A stretch of 64,000 nucleotides of DNA from Bdellovibrionales bacterium (GCA_027317865.1 DAHVQG010000006.1:96001-160000); one strand, 5' to 3'. Counted from the stretch's first letter, positions 52,371 through 61,545 are shown. Numbers and translations: made by a program. Notes: generated by a model from the letters alone, not told the origin.

Positions 52371-52985
52371 ATGGATACATTGCTCAATAGTCAAAACGCA
52401 ACGGACGTCATAGAAAATTTGTTTGAAGGTCACGAGACATCGATTGCCCGTGACCTCAAAATGAATCTGAAACGGCTTGCCGAAGACTCCAGTCTTATTG
52501 ACACCGAGTTTGCGCTTATTCTTTTGAGCTTGGCGCAACTTCGTGGCCACGCAAACCTTAAAAACGCCGCGCTTAAACTAATTAGCCGGCATAACGAGGG
52601 CGCTTCGAACGCCACCCCTGAAACGTCTGACGTAATTGACGACAACATGGTTCGCGAGGCGGTTGAAGCTCCCGCGATCATGAGTATGCTCAACGGGTAC
52701 TATAAATTTCGAAGGTTTATGCGCGATTCAGACCAAAGCGCGGATGAAGTTTTTGGCGCGGCCAAACTTCGAATGCAGTCGCTTGCAAAACCTAACTTGG
52801 GCCATGACCGGTTCGAAATGCTGGCCCTTGTTATTTCAATCGCCAACGGCTGCGAACAATGTGTTACTTCGCATGTCGAAGCTTTGAAAAAGCTCGGCGC
52901 GCCGATTGAAAAAATACATGATATCGCTCGGCTTGCGGCCACCACGCTTGGAACAATCGAATTGTTGAAGATCAATACCTTGTAG
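52371..52985 (+). CDS. ahpD: Alkyl hydroperoxide reductase AhpD
   Basis: IMSMLNGYY, FE...SIANGCEQCVTSH. Confidence 0.9.
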   Translation: MDTLLNSQNATDVIENLFEGHETSIARDLKMNLKRLAEDSSLIDTEFALILLSLAQLRGHANLKNAALKLISRHNEGASNATPETSDVIDDNMVREAVEAPAIMSMLNGYYKFRRFMRDSDQSADEVFGAAKLRMQSLAKPNLGHDRFEMLALVISIANGCEQCVTSHVEALKKLGAPIEKIHDIARLAATTLGTIELLKINTL

Positions 52986-53090
52986 TTGAAAATGACCTTT
53001 ACTAACGTCTGGTTAACGTCTTGATTTGCATCTACCGATAAGCAATTGAACGTGATCGCCCACTAGCCGATCACGCAGGGCTATCAAACT

Positions 53091-53564
53091 ATGATCCATC
53101 GACTTGATTTTGCACTACGACGCTGGCGGCTTTACAAACGGCTCCTCATGACTTTCGCCGTTGTTAACGTGTTTACAGTTGCGGCTGGTTTGGTGATCGG
53201 CATTCACTACGTCAATTATGATCTTATTACTGCACAAGAACTCATCGCAATCGGACTCATTACGCTCTTATTTGGCATTATTCTACCGCTTGTGGTGATG
53301 GCGCGAATAACCAGCACGATTCGTGCGCTAAGACAGGAGATTCAACGATCGGTCTTTGACTTTCTCCGCAACTGGCGGCAAACGGAGCAAGACTTCGCCG
53401 CCCAAGACGGCGCCTTTAAAAACCCCGAATTTTGGTTACAAATTGCTTTGCTGTGCGGCCAATTTTTCGGTCAAGCGAGCTCAAACCCCGCTGCGCAAAT
53501 GGCCGGAGAAATCGCGCTTACCATTCGCAACGAATTAAAGAAAAACCGCTCGCCGGCGACGTAG
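53091..53564 (+). CDS. Hypothetical two-TM membrane protein
   Basis: Two hydrophobic helices then HAMP-like helix. Confidence 0.6.
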   Translation: MIHRLDFALRRWRLYKRLLMTFAVVNVFTVAAGLVIGIHYVNYDLITAQELIAIGLITLLFGIILPLVVMARITSTIRALRQEIQRSVFDFLRNWRQTEQDFAAQDGAFKNPEFWLQIALLCGQFFGQASSNPAAQMAGEIALTIRNELKKNRSPAT

Positions 53565-53639
53565 GCGTGCCCCCCTATTCCAGTAGACTCCAAAGACAAA
53601 TTTTTGTAAGGTGATCCGATTTAAAAAGGCGGTCTACTT

Positions 53640-54806
53640 ATGAAAATTGCGAGCCAACGAATCTCGGGTCTTGTGCAGTCGGATATTCGCGCCATGACCC
53701 GCGAGTGCAATCGCCTCGGCGGAATTAATCTCGGCCAGGGTCTTTGTGAATTGCCGACTCCAGAGCCGGTGATCGCAGCCGCGCGGGTCGCGCTCGCGAC
53801 TCAAGAAAAAAGCATTTATTCGGCCGCCGAGGGTGTCGCTCCGCTTCGCGAAGCGATCGCCAAAAAACTCGCGCGCGAAAATCGCATCGACGCAGACCCC
53901 GAGCGCGAAATTGTCGTAACTAACGGCGGAACCGGCGGATACGCAGCAACATTAATGGCGCTATTTAACCCCGGCGACGGCGTTTTGCTCTTTGAACCGT
54001 ACTACGGTTATCATTTGAATGCGGCAATTCTCGCCGGCCTTAAACCCCAATTTATTCCGTTTTCTGGCGCAGATCTTGCGATTGACGAAGTATCTATACG
54101 AAATTCCATTGATTCGACCTCGCGGGCCATCGTCATTTGTACGCCAGCTAATCCAAGCGGCAAGATGTGGACCAAAAGTGAACTTGAACTTGTCGGACGA
54201 ATTGCCAACGAAAACAATTTAGTCGTCGTCACTGACGAAATGTATGAATACTTTCGTTATGATGGGCGCGAACATATTTCTCCGGCTTCGTTACCTGAGC
54301 TCAAAAACCGCACCGTCACTCTCATGGGTCTCTCCAAAACTTTTTCGATCACCGGTTGGCGGCTTGGCTATGTCGCCGCTCCGGCTGAAATGACTGAAAA
54401 AATTCGCCTAGCAAACGATCTGTTTTACGTCTGTGCACCGACCCCGCTGCAATACGGAGTACTTGCCGGCTTTAATGACGTGGGCGCGGATTACTTTCAA
54501 AATTTGCAAACGCAATTTGCGGCCAAGCGAAATCAGATTTGTACAACACTTGAAAGCGTTGGGATGAATCCGATTGTGCCGCAAGGAGCTTATTACGTTC
54601 TTGCCGATATCTCGCGTTTTGGAATTAAAGATTCAAAGCAGTTCGCGATGAAAATGCTCGAAAAAGTCGGCGTGGCTGGCGTACCCGGTCGGGCATTTTT
54701 TAGTTCATCCGTTGGCGACCGGTACATCCGTCTGTGCTTTGGCGTTAATGACGACCGTTTAACCGAAGCGTGTACGAGATTGCACAAACTCAAGGGAGGG
54801 TTGTAG
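53640..54806 (+). CDS. PLP aminotransferase class I/II, probable MtnE role
   Basis: INLGQG, NPSG, DEMY, SKTFSITGWRLG; heads mtn operon. Confidence 0.9.
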   Translation: MKIASQRISGLVQSDIRAMTRECNRLGGINLGQGLCELPTPEPVIAAARVALATQEKSIYSAAEGVAPLREAIAKKLARENRIDADPEREIVVTNGGTGGYAATLMALFNPGDGVLLFEPYYGYHLNAAILAGLKPQFIPFSGADLAIDEVSIRNSIDSTSRAIVICTPANPSGKMWTKSELELVGRIANENNLVVVTDEMYEYFRYDGREHISPASLPELKNRTVTLMGLSKTFSITGWRLGYVAAPAEMTEKIRLANDLFYVCAPTPLQYGVLAGFNDVGADYFQNLQTQFAAKRNQICTTLESVGMNPIVPQGAYYVLADISRFGIKDSKQFAMKMLEKVGVAGVPGRAFFSSSVGDRYIRLCFGVNDDRLTEACTRLHKLKGGL

Positions 54807-54808
54807 GC

Positions 54809-55345
54809 ATGGCTCTGCTACAGCTTGAAGCCGGTCAAACCGTTGCGACTTTAAGTGATATCCGTTTAGAGCTTTCACGCCTTGGCATTGAACTTGCGCA
54901 TTGGCCGATTGAGCGGACACCCAAAATTGCGCCACTTCTCGCCGCTGAAATTTTAAATGAAACCCAAAAAGAAGAACTCCTTTGCGCTTTCGATGAACGT
55001 TTCGAGGATCAGAAACGCCGCTACGGTTATCAGGCGCGTGACCTCGTTGTTTTGCATTCGTCCGTTCCCAATCTCGAAAATCTTCTGAAAATTTTTGACA
55101 AGTGCCACACTCATGCAGACGACGAAGTTCGCTACATCATCGACGGTACTGGAAGATTTGGTTTTGTAGCCCCCGACGGCAAACAAATGCTTTTAACGGT
55201 CGAAGCGGGTGAATACATTCGCGTACCCGCCAATACTGAACACTGGTTCGTTCTTGACGAGAATCGCCGAATCAAAGCCGTGCGGTATTTTACAAATAAA
55301 GACGGTTGGGTTGCGAACTATACCGGCACACCGGCGAGGTTTTGA
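54809..55345 (+). CDS. mtnD: Acireductone dioxygenase
   Basis: HTHADDEVRY, VPANTEHWF. Confidence 0.93.
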   Translation: MALLQLEAGQTVATLSDIRLELSRLGIELAHWPIERTPKIAPLLAAEILNETQKEELLCAFDERFEDQKRRYGYQARDLVVLHSSVPNLENLLKIFDKCHTHADDEVRYIIDGTGRFGFVAPDGKQMLLTVEAGEYIRVPANTEHWFVLDENRRIKAVRYFTNKDGWVANYTGTPARF

Positions 55346-55348
55346 AGC

Positions 55349-56032
55349 GTGTCGAATGCCGAAGAGATTATCCATTCAAATGAGTTTCAATCGGTGTCGA
55401 CACAGCTTGCCGAAACAGGACGTTTTTTGGCTGAACGAGGATGGGCTCCTGCGACAAGCGCGAACTATTCATCGCGTTTAACCGAAACGTCATTGGTCGC
55501 AATTTCTCGCAGCGGCGTTGATAAATATAAAATGAATGCCCAAGATTTTCTGGCCATCACCCTCGCTTCAAACGAGACTTCGCCCGGATTTTCGGTGATT
55601 ATCCGTCACACTCCTGCTGCTGAATCAGTGCGGCCATCCGCCGAAACGCTAATACATGCGGCGATTTATCAAGCTCGACCTGAGGCACGGGCCGTACTTC
55701 ATGCGCACTCACCAAACAACACGCGTTTGTCACTTCGCTTTTTAAGTCAAGGTCATCTGAAATTTAAAGGGTACGAAATGCAAAAAGGCCTTGAAGGGCA
55801 AACCCATCACGAAGATATCGTTCGCGTCCCCATTCTCGCGAATAGCCAGGATATGAAATCGTTTTCGGTTCAAGTCTTTGACCTTTTGCGCGAAGAGCGT
55901 GACGTGGTCGGTTTTCTTATCGCCGGCCACGGGTTATATACTTGGGGGGCGAGCGTCGCTTCGGCTCGACGGCACATCGAAACTTTTGAGTTTTTATTTT
56001 CGTGTCATGCGCTTGAGCTTATGGGCGTGTAG
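55349..56032 (+). CDS. mtnB: Methylthioribulose-1-phosphate dehydratase
   Basis: GWAPATS.N.S, PSAETLIH, LHAHS, GHGLYTWG. Confidence 0.93.
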   Translation: MSNAEEIIHSNEFQSVSTQLAETGRFLAERGWAPATSANYSSRLTETSLVAISRSGVDKYKMNAQDFLAITLASNETSPGFSVIIRHTPAAESVRPSAETLIHAAIYQARPEARAVLHAHSPNNTRLSLRFLSQGHLKFKGYEMQKGLEGQTHHEDIVRVPILANSQDMKSFSVQVFDLLREERDVVGFLIAGHGLYTWGASVASARRHIETFEFLFSCHALELMGV

Positions 56033-56062
56033 TATGCGTCGGCGCAAAAGTAGGAGCAAAAT

Positions 56063-56785
56063 TTGAAAACCAATGAATTTCAGTCGGCGCGATTCATTCT
56101 TCTCGATATTGAAGGCACAATTTCAGAACAATTTTTTGTACGAAAAGTTTTATTCCCTTATTCGGCTGAACGTCTGCGCACCTATGTCGCAAAACATTAC
56201 AACAATCCAGTGGTGCGGGATTGCCTGAAGCAAACCGGCGCAATTGACGACGAAGGCGCTATTGTTCAACTGTTGGAGTGGATTTCTGACGACATCAAAC
56301 ATCCGGCGCTTAAAACATTACAGGGCCTTATTTGGCGCGAAGGCTACGAAGCCGATGCATTTCGCGCACACCTCTACGACGACGTGCTGCCCATGTGGCG
56401 CGCCTGGATTGCGGAGGGCCGGGAGCTTGGCATTTATTCGTCCGGGTCAAAAGCCGCGCAAGATCTATTTTTTCACTACAGTAGCAAAGGCGATGTCCGG
56501 GAGTATTTAAGCGCTCATTTTGATCTGTCGACTGGCTCCAAACGTGATCCTGAAAGTTATCGAGAAATTGCGAGCAATGTCGGTTTTGCTCCTTCAGAAA
56601 TTTTGTTTTTGTCAGATGTAGTCGAAGAGCTCGATGCGGCCCGTGCCGCCGGATTTAAAACTGGGCTTATTGTTCGCGACCCTAACGTGAACAACGATCG
56701 ATCTACGATTTTGGGAGCTACGCAATTTATAACTTCGGGCACCGCCAGCGGGCATCCGGTATTTACGTCGCTTGCCGAAATTTGA
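56063..56785 (+). CDS. mtnC: Enolase-phosphatase E1
   Basis: LDIEGT, LKTLQGLIW, YSSGS, FLSDVVEELDAA. Confidence 0.93.
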   Translation: MKTNEFQSARFILLDIEGTISEQFFVRKVLFPYSAERLRTYVAKHYNNPVVRDCLKQTGAIDDEGAIVQLLEWISDDIKHPALKTLQGLIWREGYEADAFRAHLYDDVLPMWRAWIAEGRELGIYSSGSKAAQDLFFHYSSKGDVREYLSAHFDLSTGSKRDPESYREIASNVGFAPSEILFLSDVVEELDAARAAGFKTGLIVRDPNVNNDRSTILGATQFITSGTASGHPVFTSLAEI

Positions 56786-56853
56786 TTATTCGGCGCCGAC
56801 ATTTTGATTGCCTCCGCCTGGCCAAATGGCTTAATGTTGGCTTCGCAATCGAT

Positions 56854-56930
56854 GGCGGTTATAGCTCAGTTGGTAGAGCCCCGGATTGTGATTCCGGTTG
56901 TCACGGGTTCGAGTCCCGTTAACCGCCCCA
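56854..56930 (+). tRNA. tRNA-His(GTG) including G-1
   Basis: G-GCGGTTA/TAACCGC-C acceptor, CCGGA-TTGTGAT-TCCGG anticodon arm, encoded CCA. Confidence 0.97.
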
Positions 56931-57019
56931 TTTGTCTACAGCCCAAAACAGGCTGAAAAATAAAAGTCATATTGCGCTAAGTACTTAATTCACCGTCGAG
57001 GGAAACGCGCGTCAGAGTC

Positions 57020-57082
57020 GACTATTTCAAAATATTTCGGACTATTTCAGAGCTTTGCTACATTTGCTACAACTTTGCTACA
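57020..57082. repeat. Two sets of short direct repeats
   Basis: GACTATTTCA/AAATATTTCG/GACTATTTCA (10-bp period) then TTTGCTACA x3. Confidence 0.85.
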
Positions 57083-57130
57083 CGCTAAATTTTCGGGAGC
57101 GAACTCAACATCAAAACCTGGGAGGGTTTT

Positions 57131-57295
57131 ATGGTACTGGTTCGTTTCTACGCGTTCATTATTTGGCTCGGGATTATGCTCGCCTTTTGCGGCGAGCTTA
57201 AATCCTGCACGCTCGCAATGATGGGTAAAGCCGCTCAAAGTAGCGAACAGGGCATTATGTCGTACTCTGAGTACACGCGCTTACTGACTAAATAG
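57131..57295 (+). CDS. 54-aa small membrane protein (below ORF-track cutoff)
   Basis: GGGAGG RBS; MVLVRFYAFIIWLGIMLAFCGELKSCTLAMMGKAAQSSEQGIMSYSEYTRLLTK. Confidence 0.6.
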   Translation: MVLVRFYAFIIWLGIMLAFCGELKSCTLAMMGKAAQSSEQGIMSYSEYTRLLTK

Positions 57296-57351
57296 TCTAA
57301 AAAAATGCGGCCGCCGCTATTGGCAGCCCAAAAACCGTCAAAAACCAATTT

Positions 57352-57378
57352 AGCCCGAGGTAACCCCTCGGGCTTTTT
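57352..57378 (+). terminator. Intrinsic terminator
   Basis: AGCCCGAGG-taacc-CCTCGGGCT-TTTT. Confidence 0.85.
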
Positions 57379-57405
57379 ATTTCTAAACATAAAAAGGAAA
57401 AAGAC

Positions 57406-58272
57406 ATGGATACATCATCTAATGCACCTAAAACTGTAAACACGAACCGTCGCACAGCTCTCTACGCGCGAGTGAGTACCGACCAACAATCAAACGGCCT
57501 TGACGCCCAGATCAGAGCACTCAGGCAATTCTGCGAACAAAATAAAATCACAAATTTTGAGATTTTTGCTGACGAGAACCAATCCGGCACGAAAGCATCC
57601 AGGCCCGCCCTTGACCGAATGATGGCTGCCGTTGAACGGGGCGAAATTGAAAACGTTATTGTTTTTGCATTTTCACGATATGCACGCTCTGTCTCTCACA
57701 TGCTTAAAGGCTTAGAGGTCATGCGCAAGTATAAAACCAATTTTGTCTCGTTAAGTGAAAAGCTCGATCTTAACACAAGTCTTGGAAATGTCGTATTCAT
57801 AATCATAAGTGCAATCGCGCAGTTAGAGCGGGATCTGATAGCGGAGCGCGTGCGCAACGGACTCGCAGCAGCGCGTGCTCGCGGTAAAAGAATCGGTCGC
57901 GAGCGAAAGCGTAACTCCAAACTCATAGAGGAGTTACTTAATGCAGGCCTAAGCTATCGCGAAGTCGCAAAGATTGCCAAATGTAGTCACGGAAGTGTCC
58001 ACAGCCAAAAAGTCGAAATGAAAAAACGGTTAGCCGAAGAGGAGCGACAACGACTCGCCGAAATTGAGCGAAAGAAAGAAGAAGAAAAGCAACTAGAAGC
58101 ACAGACACGATTTTTAATTGATTCAAGGACTAAACAGTTCAATGAAAACCCCCTGCCACTACTGTCACCGGCACCGACAACGCCACCAAGTAATGAAGCG
58201 TCACCAGCGCAAAAATCGTTGTCAGGAGGCCAAAACACGTCAACGTCATATCCGTCCACACAACCGAATTAA
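57406..58272 (+). CDS. Small serine recombinase (resolvase/invertase family)
   Basis: YARVSTDQQ, SGTKASRPAL, AQLERDLIAERVRNGLAAARARGKRIGR, C-terminal HTH and disordered tail. Confidence 0.95.
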   Translation: MDTSSNAPKTVNTNRRTALYARVSTDQQSNGLDAQIRALRQFCEQNKITNFEIFADENQSGTKASRPALDRMMAAVERGEIENVIVFAFSRYARSVSHMLKGLEVMRKYKTNFVSLSEKLDLNTSLGNVVFIIISAIAQLERDLIAERVRNGLAAARARGKRIGRERKRNSKLIEELLNAGLSYREVAKIAKCSHGSVHSQKVEMKKRLAEEERQRLAEIERKKEEEKQLEAQTRFLIDSRTKQFNENPLPLLSPAPTTPPSNEASPAQKSLSGGQNTSTSYPSTQPN

Positions 58273-58282
58273 TCAGTGGCGT

Positions 58283-58318
58283 AGGCGCCCGAGCGAGAAA
58301 TCGCCGGGCGTCTTTTTT
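58283..58318 (+). terminator. Intrinsic terminator
   Basis: AGGCGCCCG-a-GCGA-gaaa-TCGC-CGGGCGTCT plus T run. Confidence 0.85.
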
Positions 58319-58495
58319 ATTATCCTCAGTGAACAAAACGCTCGTCTTTCTGTGCAAATTGATTTTTGTCCCATGAAAGTCGCAAATCAGATCGATCAAA
58401 GAGGAGACGTTAGTGCGGCAACGCCGAGGGGACAAAAATTTAAGCGGTCACATTATTGGAGCTCACCTGAAAGCCAAGCCTTCAGGTAGCAAGTG

Positions 58496-58936
58496 TCATT
58501 CGACCAAAACTTTGAAGCTAAGGCTCCTGACTCTCTTAACAAGGCTCTGATCTAATTTTTTGTCTATAGCTATGCACTGCTCAGCTTGAACAAATATTCC
58601 AGCAGTAAACCAAAGACGTAATTGGTTATTGTCGTTCTCGACTCTTAATTGGCAGCCGTTTTCATAGTCAGCGATCGAAATACCGTTTTGATTGTCCCAA
58701 TTAGGATTACTTGATGAAAGAATGCTCAACAATGTGTGGCCCCGAAGTCCCTGAATGGGTAACACGCAAGAAGCTTGGGAATTCACATCTGTTAGCACGG
58801 GCGCTCGACTCGCACAGGCTCGAATGGCGGCATCACTTAAATCTACCGTAACTTCTGTTACCTGTACGTTTGAGCTCTGTGCAAATAACGAGGGTGTCAC
58901 GAATAACATAAGCAAAATTAAGATAGTATATTTCAT
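58496..58936 (-). CDS. Secreted hypothetical protein
   Basis: AGGAG RBS, signal peptide, four Cys. Confidence 0.7.
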   Translation of the reverse strand: MKYTILILLMLFVTPSLFAQSSNVQVTEVTVDLSDAAIRACASRAPVLTDVNSQASCVLPIQGLRGHTLLSILSSSNPNWDNQNGISIADYENGCQLRVENDNNQLRLWFTAGIFVQAEQCIAIDKKLDQSLVKRVRSLSFKVLVE

Positions 58937-59471
58937 ACCGATACTCCTATGATATGTTTCTAAAATTAAATAGGAACAGGTTCGGACGAAGTATATCAAA
59001 GACCAGAAGTCGGCGCGACTGTAACGTTTTAGTCAGTCGTGAACTTTTTGCGTGCCAAAACCTAATTTCACCTGGCATATACGTGATCTGATGAAAACCG
59101 ATGTTATGACCGAGCAGATGGGGACGACCGTTTAGCTAAATTGCATTCCTGCTGAGCGAATCGACGGCTAAAAGGTGCGCTTAAACCTTGTCCCCACGTG
59201 CTTGGTCAGTAAGCGGCAGATAATGACCGGAGATGCGAATTTGAATTAAACGGCATTATCGAAGTCGAAACACGATTTTGGGATGGGCATCTGCCCGATG
59301 TCTTTTGAAATCACCACAGTACCACGCTGACTTTAAGCTGTGTTTTCTTGACCAAAGCCGGAAATTTTACGGATGACACCGCTCGGATTAACACAGTTAC
59401 ATTGGACAACTCGACGCTTGACCATCTTGAACGACAGCGCCGCCGCCAGAGGCAAGCGACGCGAAATACAC

Positions 59472-60953
59472 CTATTTAAACCATGGCTGAGCCCGCCAGA
59501 GCATTTTGGCAATAATCGCTTGCCCAATTTCACTTGGGTGAAAACAATCCCAAGCCAGATCCTCAGGTTTTACGTCGAACTGTGATAACACGTCGGTCGC
59601 CGTAACCTCCAAATGTTTTGACCTTGCGTATTTTTTCGCAAGATTCTCAAGAGCTATGTTGTATCTTTGCTCTCGCGCAATAACGAGTTCCGGATTAGAA
59701 TAAAGTAGCGGACACGCTTTGGTAGATACCGTATGAATTTTTTTGCAAGACCATCCGCCCAATCCTTTTGCCTGCCAAATAATAGGTTTGAGAATTTGAT
59801 CGATAGGCGGTGGACCCACAAGAAGCACCTCGACCGGATCAGTTGATTCCACCGCATCAAGAGTTTGAAGAATATGATTGATGTTGGTTTGAAATTGTCT
59901 GGTTGAAACCCCATCACAAATGTCATTTGCACCATAGAATACTATGAATTGTCGTTTATCCCGCGCCGAATATTTCCACGTATTAACTATTTCGGTTTTA
60001 GCGGCCAATATTCCATCTTTAGAAACGGCACCAAGTTCGCTTTTGTTTATAACTTTTGCCCAACCTAGGTGATGTTTTTTTAAGTACATATTGAGTAAGT
60101 CCATATAAGAATAATCGGTCTTACTGTTCAGCCATGATAAATTGAAATTTGAAGGTAGATACTCTTCGAAGTTTGGTATTCCGAAATAGCCGATCCCAGA
60201 TGAATGAACGCCAATGCGAATCGGCGGCTTCCAGCCGTTAAGTTGAGACTGAGCTAGATATCCATAGGTGATAGAATCCCCAAGCGCAGTTACTATAACA
60301 TTTGGTCGTGAAAAATGAAGTTTTCGAGCTTTGCGAACTTTTGCCCACTTGAATAAGGCCGCTCGCGCACTCGCCTCATTCAAAATATCCATATTATCAA
60401 ATTCTTCGCGGGAAATGAGCGCAATCGTATTTGTAAACACTTTATTTGAAGGGTCCGATAGTCCCTTTAATATGACAGGTAACCGTTGATCTTCATTACG
60501 CGTGTATTCAAGAAAAATCGCGTAAGCTTGAGCTCGAACGTCAGCATTTGTACTTTTTGTAAGTTCCTTCACTTTCGCAATGGACTGTGAGTTCAATCCA
60601 CCCAAATAGTAGAACTCCTTAAGGGAGACAATCTGTATAGTCACATTTGACGAATCTAACCCCTTACGAAATAAGGAGAGTAGTGCCATTCGTTGCGTGA
60701 ACGAAGGCACGCGCATTCTGTACCCAAGTGACAACTCTTCAGCTGTGGGCCGACCATGAAAAGCCGTGCCGTTTATCACGCCAATGAGGTAACCGGGATC
60801 CACCTTCAACTGTCCATTTATGAACATTTTGATTTCTTCGTAGTTCTTATCAAACACAGCATCGGGGGTTTTGCTCAGTGATGGCTTGGCCCAGCATACA
60901 ACTGCCAAAACAATGATATAAAAAATGGCTATCGAAGATCGCATAGTGGACAT
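59472..60953 (-). CDS. Secreted SGNH/GDSL hydrolase with N-terminal HEAT-like repeats
   Basis: ALGDSIT, YGANDIC, DCFHPS; NADVRAQA and LSDPSNKV HEAT-like units. Confidence 0.85.
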   Translation of the reverse strand: MSTMRSSIAIFYIIVLAVVCWAKPSLSKTPDAVFDKNYEEIKMFINGQLKVDPGYLIGVINGTAFHGRPTAEELSLGYRMRVPSFTQRMALLSLFRKGLDSSNVTIQIVSLKEFYYLGGLNSQSIAKVKELTKSTNADVRAQAYAIFLEYTRNEDQRLPVILKGLSDPSNKVFTNTIALISREEFDNMDILNEASARAALFKWAKVRKARKLHFSRPNVIVTALGDSITYGYLAQSQLNGWKPPIRIGVHSSGIGYFGIPNFEEYLPSNFNLSWLNSKTDYSYMDLLNMYLKKHHLGWAKVINKSELGAVSKDGILAAKTEIVNTWKYSARDKRQFIVFYGANDICDGVSTRQFQTNINHILQTLDAVESTDPVEVLLVGPPPIDQILKPIIWQAKGLGGWSCKKIHTVSTKACPLLYSNPELVIAREQRYNIALENLAKKYARSKHLEVTATDVLSQFDVKPEDLAWDCFHPSEIGQAIIAKMLWRAQPWFK

Positions 60954-61029
60954 AATAGCAGCTAAGGTGAATTAGCCCAATACAAACACTTTTCAAAAAC
61001 TGTTTAATTAATTGTCCATTTGAGGGAAG

Positions 61030-61510
61030 TCTCCGGGGGCCGGTGACCCTAACTCACGCACAGTTGAGCTGGTTGGAGCTGGGTTGTCTCTCATTATAGT
61101 GATGGCCGCCTGAGCGGCCAAATCCCGACAGATCCACCCAGCGACCACGAAAGTGCGCCTTCGTGATCTGAGCGGTCACCGTGCTTTCAAAACTGCCATA
61201 ACTCTCGTCGCACGCGGATGCCCTCCGGAGCCAATTATTTCAAATGATATGCGCTTATCGTGCATAAATGCGCTGACTTGAAAGGCGCACCAACCTGACC
61301 GAATCCAAAATCCGTAGTGGGGACGAAAAAATATCGTGGTCATAAATTCAGTTTAAATATGGACAAGCCAGGAGATGAGATTCGTCATGCAAAGTCGCGG
61401 GAAAGGCTCGCGGCAAAATTTGTCCATCGGGTCTTCGGCGTTTAAATTGCTCGCCAACCAGTAATTGTCAGATCACCTATACGGTAGAACAGGCCACAGG
61501 CCCCCGGAGA
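61030..61510. ncRNA. Candidate large structured non-coding RNA
   Basis: Perfect 12-bp closing inverted repeat plus many nested helices; no ORF of 60 aa or more. Confidence 0.55.
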
Positions 61511-61545
61511 TATCTGTTATCGATGCAAATAATTTCTGATTTGGT

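Noticed and set aside
53015-53073. Sigma28-like boxes before the 53091 gene
   Set aside because: Weak -35, and the second box is part of a CGTGATCG/CGATCACG hairpin; ambiguous
57020-57082. CRISPR array
   Set aside because: Repeats are 9-10 bp with no spacers; no array or cas genes seen anywhere in the window
57406-58272. IS607 transposase or large serine integrase
   Set aside because: HTH is C-terminal, no tnpB follows, and recombinase/zinc-ribbon domains are absent
59107-59208. Integron attC site
   Set aside because: No RYYYAAC/GTTRRRY ends and no tyrosine integrase in the window
59119-61327. Shared 9-mer TGGGGACGA between the two structured spacers
   Set aside because: One shared 9-mer between two ~470-nt sequences is about what chance predicts
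61295-61328. Hammerhead-like CTGACCGAATCC...GGACGAAA
   Set aside because: Core has an extra base versus CUGANGA, the stem II closing G is absent and no stem I/III or cleavage triplet is evident
61021-61510. tmRNA or RNase P RNA (GGGGGC start, GAGGGAAGTC)
   Set aside because: No T-arm/CCA end, no tag ORF and no complete RNase P P4 signature
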